A DNA stretch of 64,000 nucleotides from Paramecium tetraurelia (taxonomy: Eukaryota), in contig CT868296.1 of NCBI GenBank assembly GCA_000165425.1, positions 434,001 through 498,000 of the forward strand, in the 5' to 3' direction. A model generated the notes under the pieces. The model was not told the origin of the DNA. It searched no databases and saw only the letters and a program-made list of their open reading frames with translations. Made by a program: the position numbers and the translations under genes. Positions 54,834 to 64,000 of the stretch are shown here, one piece after another (positions within the stretch are counted from its first letter, which is position 1; every line of letters starts with the position of its first letter).

Positions 54834-56748
54834 TCAAGAATACATGGAAGTTAAAATAGATTTCTCCTCTGTCTGATTTGTGAGTTATTAGATCAAATTT
54901 TAATATATTTCTTGTGACATTCCTTTCGGTGATTAAAGAGTTGGATTGCTCAAAATTCTACGATGACTTTTCTCACCTAATTTTTTATCTATTTTATTTC
55001 CAATCTCTACCAACTTTGTTGCAGAAACCTAAAGTGAAGTTGTTGATTTAGTATTCAATTCTTGAATAATTGCATGCAATTTTTGATTTTCCGACTTCAA
55101 ATTATTCAATTCCTCCTCATAATGTTGTTTCACATTTTCAATTATTTTTTACTGTTAATCCTCAAAACTTTATACATTCTCCTAACTGTGCTTTAATTTG
55201 AAAGCCGACAGAGTTTCTTGCAAAGAGAAATTATCTTTTTTGAGGTTAGTTAGCTCTTAATTGAGCTTGTTAACAGTTTCTTGAAGTTTTTTTGATTTAT
55301 CAACAAACTAGGTCAAATTTGAAATTTGCCTATTGAGACATTGTACAACCAATTCTAATTTCTAATTTTCTTCTATAAGCCTTTTGTTCTATTAATATTC
55401 TTTAGTTTATTAAATCATATAAATATTATATCAAATTAATATAACCTTGAAACTAAAAATTCTTAATCACACATCAATTGGTTCAAGATTTTGTTTGAGA
55501 TTATTGATTTACTCTTGAAAGAATTGAATCTACTTGGCAAATATCGAATTTTCTATTAAAAGATGTTCAATCCTCCTATTTTTCTCATTCAAACATTCTA
55601 ATTATTTTTATTTTTCATTGGGAGTGGAGTTTTTAGACTAAATTAACAATTCAATCATACTATCAATGTATTGTTAGAGTGGAATTAACTAATTTTATCA
55701 GTAGAATAGCCTCCAACTTTGTGTTTAGAAGGACAAAATCCAGTAAAATTAGATTGGCATCTCACTTAAAAAGTATCAAAAATTGCTGACTTATCTTCTG
55801 TCTCATCATCGAATTCTAAGCAACTTTAATTTAAATGTAATTTACATAGATTGTATTGTGATGATGAATTCATCATATCTTTTGGTTTTCTCATATTCTT
55901 GATAGGCTGACTCAAAATTCTTTAAGAACTTTAGTTAATTTAAATTTAAATTGCAATTTTGAAGTGCTTAATATTAATTTGAATTGTTTACAAAGAACTG
56001 AGTTTCTAATTATCTATAAGTCTCCTATAACAAATTGATTTTTATCCAATTTTTATTTGATGCAATAAAAATCATTTGGGTCATTTTCATTTTTCTCATG
56101 GGGTGATGCCTAAGTCAAAAGATTGTCTTTAGTTTATTTATAATATTCTTTGACCTTATATTAATCAAAGTAAAATAGCTTAGGGAATTCAAACCCCTGT
56201 GCAATTAATTGATTATGTCTTTATTTAATTAATTAGTACATTCTTTAAAATGATGATTATTGACCTTCTAAAATTGGGTGCCAAATATTCCAAACAAATA
56301 TACATTCACATATCAGCCGAATGAACGTTTTACCAAGAACCATGAGCTGTTCGTCTATATATATTATTGCTATTCCTACCTGGTTTATTGGAAAAGTATT
56401 TTTTCGCATTAATTCCCTTTTCAAAATATTGTTATAATATTTATTGGAAGATGGGAATGATGTGAATAGAGACTTTAGTAATCACTAACTAAATGTGGTA
56501 ATCCATCATTTCTTTTACTAACTGAATACTCTGGTTTTTTTTACTCTTATTGACAAGACTTTTTGCAAGGGTTATGAGATTGCGTTAGTTAAAATTTCAC
56601 AGACAGCCTAGACTGTCAAATGGATTGTTTCTCTTATTTTATTACATTTTGAATACCTATCATTCTCTAAGATTTTATTTTTTAAAAGATTGGCCATTTT
56701 ATAATTGTTTTCAGAAAGGAAGCAGTTTTATATTTCAACCATTTTCAT
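54834..56748 (-). CDS. Hypothetical protein with a C-terminal coiled coil
   Basis: MKMVEIQNCFLSENNY...; micro-introns; heptad-rich C-terminal half; ends ...LTSMYS-TGA. Confidence 0.65.
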
Positions 56749-57084
56749 TGTAATTTATTTTAAAAACAAATATTAAAAATAAATCAACAAGATGATTAAA
56801 TTTATAATGTCAACAGATTAAATAAGATTTACTATTTTCTTATAAAAATTGTTGTTAGAAAATAATCAAAATCTAATCGATAGGATTTTTGAACTAACAA
56901 AGTGAAACTCTATATTAAGATACTGTATTTATAGTTAAGTTATATCTAATTTAACAAAAAATATCAATAATTATGACTCTCTATTAATGGCAATTATCAT
57001 TCAAATTGTTCAATTAAAGGGATATAGAATGATTAAAAACAAGAAGGTTTGAGAGGAATTGAGTAAAATAAAATAATTAAATAA

Positions 57085-58885
57085 ATGTCAGAATATGGAG
57101 CAGTACCATTTGCACTCATGATAGTCATCGTGATTTACATTGTCATTGGAGAATACTTCAAATCTATTCACGTATGCATACAGTCGTGATTGCTTAGTTC
57201 CATTTAATCCATGAAACAAGTTTTGGCATAATCATCGGGATGCTTGTAGGTTTACTATTAAAATGGATGGATGAAAACGCATATGCATAATTTGTATTAA
57301 AGTCTGATTATCTAGTTTTCGTTGAATGCTACAATCTTTTTCTATTTGCTTTTACCACTAATCATTTTTTCTGGAGGGTACAATCTCAAAAAGAAATAAT
57401 TTCTTAAGAATTTCAAATACATTGTTTCTTTTGGGTTTCTGAGCACATTAATTAACTTTATAATCACATTGACTTTGACTATAGCATTTAATTCCTGGAG
57501 TAAGAATTTGCGAATTATTAATATAGAATTGGTCAGATTAGGCACAAATTTAGATTCCCATCTTCCTTTAAGTTATGATGAGATGATCAAATATAGTGCA
57601 ACTATATGTGCAACAGATTCAGTGGCTGCTCTCAATTTAATTCCATCTCAATAATATCCGAAATTATTTAGTGTTGTTTTTGGAGAAGGAATGGTTAATG
57701 ACGCAGTTTCTATCATTATCTTTTAAGCAGTAACCATATTGTAATAAAGTGGTAAATCATTTGAATGGTACACCCCTTTTGAATTCATTGGGCGATTCTT
57801 AGAAAACTGTATAATTTCATTATTGATTGGTCTTTTCGTCGGATTGTTTTCCACTTGGTGTTTTAAGAAATGCAGATTTTTGACAAACTCTACCACTACA
57901 GAAACAGTGTTTGCATTTTTAATGGCCTACATGGGTTATTCAATTTGTGAGATGCTCAATCTAAGTGGAGTGATTAGTCTGCTGATGATAGGAATCATGA
58001 TGAGTCATTATTAAGGATATAATATTAGTTAGTTGGGTAGAGTTACTACAAGAGTTACTTTTGAATCCTTATCATTAGGAGCAGAAGCATTTCTTTATGT
58101 TTTTTTGGGATTCGCAATGTGGAATCAAACTACCTATTACAGTCCACTCACACAAGACCTTTATTACGTAGAAGTCTCATGGGTCTTCACTCTTCTATAA
58201 CTAGGCATAGTAATTCTAGCTCGATATTTAAGCATTTATATTGTATACTGGATTTCTATAATGTAATATACTCTTTATATGTACTAGGATTCAGGGACCT
58301 AAAGTATGGAAACTAACTAAATATGAAATGAGCATTTGTTGTTTTGCTGGAATGGTCAGAGGAAGCGTTGCCTTTGCTTTGATTGAAACTCTTGTTGCCT
58401 CACCTACGGATGGTATATAAATTAACTAGATTAATATACTATAAAGTTGTGTACTCTATATCGTTGTCTTCACAACAGTGATTTTTGGCACAGCCATGCC
58501 TTTTTTCATTAATATTTAAATTAAGAAACAGTTAGATGAGGAAGAACGTAAATCAATTAGCGAAGTTCCCACTCCTGTTCTTTCTGACTCTCCAAAAAAG
58601 AAAGAGTTAAGTGAAGCCTAGAAAATAATCAAGTATATGGATGAGCACTATTTCAAACGGTGGTTCATATATGATTACGAAAATCGTAAAGAAAAGATCA
58701 CTCAAGAAAAAAAATAAATTAAAACTGAAACCTTATAAGAAATTTATGAGAAATCTTTCAGTGAGGCAAGTGAGGATGAGTCAGTTAAGTAAAGAAATGA
58801 AGATTTCATATCTTTACCAACTATAGAAGAAAAACCTACATCTCCATTAATTGTTAAAATGCAAGAATTGTCATAACAAATTTGA
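57085..58885 (+). CDS. Na+/H+ exchanger (CPA1/NHE family)
   Basis: IHETSFGIIIG, YLLLPLIIFSGGY, ICATDSVAAL, VVFGEGMVNDAVSIIIF, AGMVRGSVAFAL. Confidence 0.95.
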
Positions 58886-59480
58886 ATGTTTTTTTTATTT
58901 TGTAACCAAATTCCAAATAGATATATCTATTCTTTATATTGGTTTATTATATAAATTTGATTTTTCTCCATTTTTTTATTTAATTGTTATGTCATGAAAT
59001 CTCTGGATCCAATAATCATCATTTAATTGTTGTATCAGATCCTATATTTAATTTCGGTCTATTTTTCATATATTAAACTTATTTCACGATCATCTAATTC
59101 TTAGCTCAAAAATAAAGCAATTTAATATCAATCAAGTGCTATCAAGCTATCTTAAAATATGATGATATAATATTAATATATTTTAACAAATTTAGTATAA
59201 TTAGAGTTCACAAGAAAATTGGTACTAGCTTAAATCGATGTACCTCTGTATACCCTCGTAATTCCCTGAAAATAGTAAATATCTAAATTCTCTGTTCAAA
59301 ATCTATTTTTTGGATTCTTTCTCTTTTGACAATCTAGCATTGAGTATAGGTTGGATTAATAAAAGATCAACTCAAAAGTTTAGTATTAGTGGAATTTTAG
59401 GATTGCACCCAAGTTGCGAGAAACATTATTAAAATTTTGAGTGCTAATATAATTCGTTTTTTTATTTATTTTATATAAAT

Positions 59481-60693
59481 ATGAGAATTGTGCTAGTGCT
59501 GTTGATTAGCTTAGTATTTTAACCGAATATGATTTAGGCTTTAAGCAAAATGGCTGCAGATCCAAAAGTTGTTCTTGCAGAAATAGATGGTAATCACATG
59601 GGAAAAACTTTCTTGAATGCCATTTAAATTAGTCTTGCCACAGGTTCACCAGTTCATGAAATCCAAAGTTATATCAATAATATTAGGTATGAAGAATTTT
59701 ATACTTAGATTCATGTTAGAACAAGAGCAAAAAGACTCAGATCTTTACATCTAAAACACATAAGCTTCATGTAACAGATTGCTCCATGACTTTTCAACTA
59801 ACTTAGCATATCATCAAAGTTAATTGAAAGCACATACTAAAATTGTTGATGAGAATACCAATAATTTGTAAAGATCCCTAAACAAAATTGCAGAAGTCTC
59901 TGTTGAGATTGAGGAGAATTCAAAGAAAACTAATGCAGGATCAAGCGAAAGAGACTTGCAATATGCTGAATTTTAGTCGAAAATTAAAGATCACACTGAA
60001 GCAATTGCTGCTATTGATGAAGCTTATGCATTGATTGAACATCTATCTGGAGGATCTTCATTTATTTAAGTTAAAGGAAGATTCAATAAGGTGTTGTCCA
60101 GATTATAGAGGTAAATATCGTCCTTTCCCTCTTTAGTTAATCAACTTCAAGTGGGTTGCTATTCTAACCAATCCTTACAATGATGACTTAATTATCAGCC
60201 AAATCTGATTCTGATACAGCCAAGAAAGTCTTGTAATTGTTGTCCAATCTGAGGGTTTAGATAGTTGAAAGCAAATCAAGTGATGAAGACATTGAAAAAC
60301 AACAAAGTTTGAATTGGTAATAATTCTTGTCTGACTTAACTAACGAGAGAAACACCTTGTATTTTACTGTATTAATCAAATTTTAGGTCTGATTAAAGAT
60401 AAAATCTTGAATAAGCCATCTTGAATTATTAGAGCATTATTGAGGAATCATAAGGCAAAGTGGAATATCATGCTGCCGAAGTTGAGAGAAATTAAGTATT
60501 TCAATTTCATATAATTAAAAAGTCTAACTTAGAAGGCCAAGATCAATGGTGCAGATAATAATAAGACATTTATTAGATGGAAACCTAAGCAAGAGTTCAA
60601 TTACAAGATTTGATTTCCAGAATCTCAGACCACATCTAAGACAAGATTGTTACTCTTAAGGAATATCTTAGAGAAAGGCTCTAATTAAATTGA
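59481..60693 (+). CDS. Trichocyst matrix protein precursor
   Basis: Signal peptide MRIVLVLLISL|ALS; EIDGNHMGKTFLNAIQISLATGSPV; internal GGSSFIQ processing-type motif; coiled-coil halves. Confidence 0.85.
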
Positions 60694-60724
60694 GATTAAG
60701 AAAAATTTAATATTATATTATCAA

Positions 60725-62026
60725 ATGGATTCAATAACTGGCATCGAAGATCATCAACAATAGAGAAATAATATAATCTGCAATGTCTAGCTAGTCTAAC
60801 AAGCGATTATGGATAGTTACCATGAGAAGGAATACAGATAATCAATTTCACTGACTTAAACTTAAACCTAAAAAGTTCCTGATGATAATACTAATCAACA
60901 CGTTTCTTTGTTGTTATATCCTATTCAAACTTCTGATAAGCATGATGATGTGTTTAATGCAAATGTGACAACTAGTATTAGGAATAGAATTTCGCCATAT
61001 TTTGGTGTTTTACTTAAAAAAAGTCCTCATTGGGTTCAAGGCTATAAGGAGAGATAATGTTCTATTGTTAATCGGATTTTTAGGTATTTCTCAATGGAAC
61101 ATAAAAAACTAGAGGGTGTTTTAAATTTTGATGTTTAAACATATTAACTTATTGAGATCAAAGATAAGCAAGGAAACATAATTGAGTTCATGTACTATTC
61201 TTCAGCTTAGTTTATCTAGAATCAAACCGGTTGGGAAAATAGATAAAATCTTCCAATTTAAAGGAACAAATCCTATGGAAACCACAAAATGGTTCAACAC
61301 CATAAAAATACATTTGCAAGATTCAATTGGTTTTATGAATTAACTTACATCTCTATGTAAATATGAAAGATATTGGAGGGTATCTAATGTTAAATTATCA
61401 AAGCATGAAAGAATTTCAGCCTAATAGTTAGAGGAAGATGCAGAAGATGGTGACATCATCTTATTTAGAGGAAAAGATATTAATTGTTATGTACAAAGAG
61501 CATTTACATAAGACGATTTTGACCACGTCGGTTTGCTTCTGAAAATGGATAATAATGAATTATTTATATTTGAGGCCTTGCCATCAAGTGGTGTTGCATT
61601 GTGTAGATGGAGCACTTTCAATATTAGAAAATGGTATTCGATGTATGAAAAGTATAAAATTTTAATTAACTGCTTTATAGGGTCGTTTATAGAAAACTTA
61701 AAACTAATAGATCAATAGAATTTAAAGTCAAACTCTCTGATTTTGTAAATGAAAACTTAGGAAAAAAGTATTCATGCACTCCTTCAAAATTATTAATGTA
61801 AAAGTCCATTCTGTTTGTGGATGAATAACCAAAAACAGAAGAATAAAAAAATAGAACATATTTTTGTTCAGAATTAGTTGCAAAATGTTATAAAGACCTT
61901 GGATTCTTACCAAAAATAGTCTCTTCCACTCAATATTGGCCTGGTTCATTTTCTTAATAAAACAGTAAACTTAAACTACAATAAGCATCCCTTAGTGATG
62001 AATATTTAATTGATTTTTGCATGTGA
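60725..62026 (+). CDS. PH domain + permuted papain-like NlpC/P60 (YiiX/YebB-type) catalytic domain protein
   Basis: PH: GVLLKKSPHWVQGYKERQCSI...F...W. Then GDIILFRG...FDHVGLL...FEA...GV and YFCSELVAKCYKDLGFL (His before Cys, the permuted order). Confidence 0.85.
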
Positions 62027-62906
62027 TTCCTAATATTTTATAAAATTGATGTAACTATTTATTTGTATCCCAAAACAAAGTGAGTTTTTAATATACTTTT
62101 TCTTATAATGAATCGATTTGCCAATACTTTGGCTGTTTTATACTCCTTTATTCTTAGTAATCGGACTCAAATTAGCATAAGCATAGCAGAAAACAAAATT
62201 AATCCTATTAGAACCAAACCAAATATTGTAATTTAGTTAATCACATCAATCTTATTTAATTTATTTTTGAAGATTGTGTTAACAATACAGATTTACAGCC
62301 ATATATTAAGTTTTCATATTTCAATTTAAGTTTGAGTTGCTATTTTATTCCTTTTGAAAGCAGATAGTTAATTTATATTCTCCTTTATCATAATATTTGA
62401 TATAGAGATGTGTAATTATGCTAACAGAATGTAAGAAGTGAGTTTCACAAAATATAAGGAGTAACATTAACTTAGGTTTTATATTTTTGATTTTTAAACT
62501 TGATTTTGATGATTCAATACATACTAAAGCCCGTTATGTCATGCTTACTTAATAAAAGGCAGATATCAATATTTGAAACTTTTCGACAGCATATCTTCTA
62601 ATGCATTCAATTTCAAAATGACAATATGTAAATCCATCTCAAAATTATTATAGTATTGATTAAGATTAAGATGCTCAGAGTAGAAAAAGACTTATTATTA
62701 ATTGTATTTTATCAAAATAAAATTTAATTATAATTATAAACTATTTCTGTGTTTAATGGTAAAACTTTTATCACTTTCCAACAAATGGCCAATTTTACTA
62801 TAAAGTTAATTAGCACTATTAATAATTAAAGTAAGAAATTAATCAAGAATTTTTCGATTTACTTTCTCAATAAATCTTATTTTTTTTTCAATATAAATAA
62901 TGTAAT

Positions 62907-63940
62907 TCAGTGATAATTATTAAGGATATTTAAAATTCTTTTTTGTTGTTATTCCAAAATTTCAATTCTAAACACGTCATTCAACACATCCTTATAACAT
63001 TTTAAGATTATTAGTAAGTCTTAGTCAATTTATTGTATACTCGTTGATAAGGTATCTATCTTTTCATTACAGGCTGAATATGCTTAAGTAGTTTATTCTT
63101 AAGTGTTTTTAATAAAATTCATCTACTCTTAATATTCTTTTGATGTTGAAAGTAATTTTTTATTAATTTCGCTATTAAAGTAAAAATTTTTACATCATTT
63201 CATTTTAGGACGTTGAAATAAAGGAAACTATTTATTTTTAGTTTTCTGAAAACTCCTAAATACCTCGATATAAATCTGAAAACTACAGAGACTATTGCTT
63301 TTCTTATATTGATCTAATTAGTTTTTCAATTCTATTTTAAAAACCTTAAAACTTATCCTATTGATCTTGCTCAAATTTAATTTATTTATCTTCTGTTTAT
63401 CTAATTTTCTTTTCAAATTAGTTTAAGCGATTGATATCCATTACATTTGATTGCGATAAGCTATTTTTTTGAAGAGCCTTCCTACTTGGAGAGTTTTTCC
63501 CTTTTTCACTTAAGCTAGTATTATCTTATTGTAATAATGATCCAGAACTTTTATTCCTAACTATATCATTCGGACTGTCATCATTTCTTTATTTCATTAT
63601 TGGGCTTACCTAAGAAGACTATATCCTTAATAAATGAGTATTGATGTCAGATAAATTATCAAAGTTATCTATTTTTTCAGTCAATTCACTAAATTTTGTA
63701 TCAACAAATAATATCAATTGCTTCAATATTCTTCCAGTAACATATTCTGTATCACAAACACTATTATAAATTTGATTCAAAGTGCTATCAAAACACCCTT
63801 CAGTTTTTAGGGTAAGAATTGGATTAAGTTTCTAAATTAGAATCGTTTACTCTTACAATTAAATGAGATTCTTAAGGCAGATTATGAACAGATTGAGTCT
63901 TTCCTATTTTTTAAGGAGGACCTCCTTTAACAATAAGCAT
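62907..63940 (-). CDS. Coiled-coil hypothetical protein
   Basis: MLIVKGGPPQKIGKTQSVHNLPQESHLI|KLNPILTLKTEGC...; a 25-nt intron is evident; ends ILNNYH-TGA. The length suggests the model is off by a base or has another intron. Confidence 0.65.
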
Positions 63941-64000
63941 TAAATAATTAAAATATCAATAAAAGTAATTATTTACACATTGATAGCGTTCTTTATTCAA

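Noticed and set aside
62027..62906. TM-like ORF fragment with in-frame TGA (possible readthrough or selenocysteine)
   Set aside because: There are several TGAs, no redox motif and no identifiable SECIS. It is more likely a decayed or non-coding stretch.
1..64000. Telomeric repeats, retained IESs, transposons, tRNA/rRNA, CRISPR
   Set aside because: I saw no G3T3/G4T2 tracts, transposase or RT motifs, structured GC-rich RNA genes or spaced direct repeats. The frame breaks I checked resolve as GT..AG introns.

Overview
AT-rich, gene-dense eukaryotic DNA with the hallmarks of a Paramecium-type ciliate macronuclear genome. TAA/TAG read as Gln, TGA is the only stop, and genes carry many tiny (about 20-31 nt) GT..AG introns. 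The supplied standard-code ORF track is therefore fragmentary, and I re-translated the window by eye with the ciliate code. I can trace 33 genes, including DRC4/GAS8, a cGMP-dependent protein kinase, Alba, a CAMK-type kinase, a dual-specificity phosphatase, a MORN protein, two large PAS/multi-TM paralogues, two tandem SK-type K+ channels, a CNBD channel lacking GYG, mS41/IGR, CFAP77, TPR and STPG proteins, a Na+/H+ exchanger, a trichocyst matrix protein and a PH + permuted NlpC/P60 protein. The most striking locus is 21531-25311. A 7-TM receptor-like protein fused to a pseudokinase ends in a TGA that overlaps (ATGA) the start codon of a short (654 aa), highly divergent, slicer-dead PIWI/Argonaute gene missed by the ORF track. 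A second ATGA stop/start overlap links CFAP77 and mS41. I saw no tRNA/rRNA, telomeric repeats, retained IES or transposon. Family calls come from recalled motifs, not database searches.
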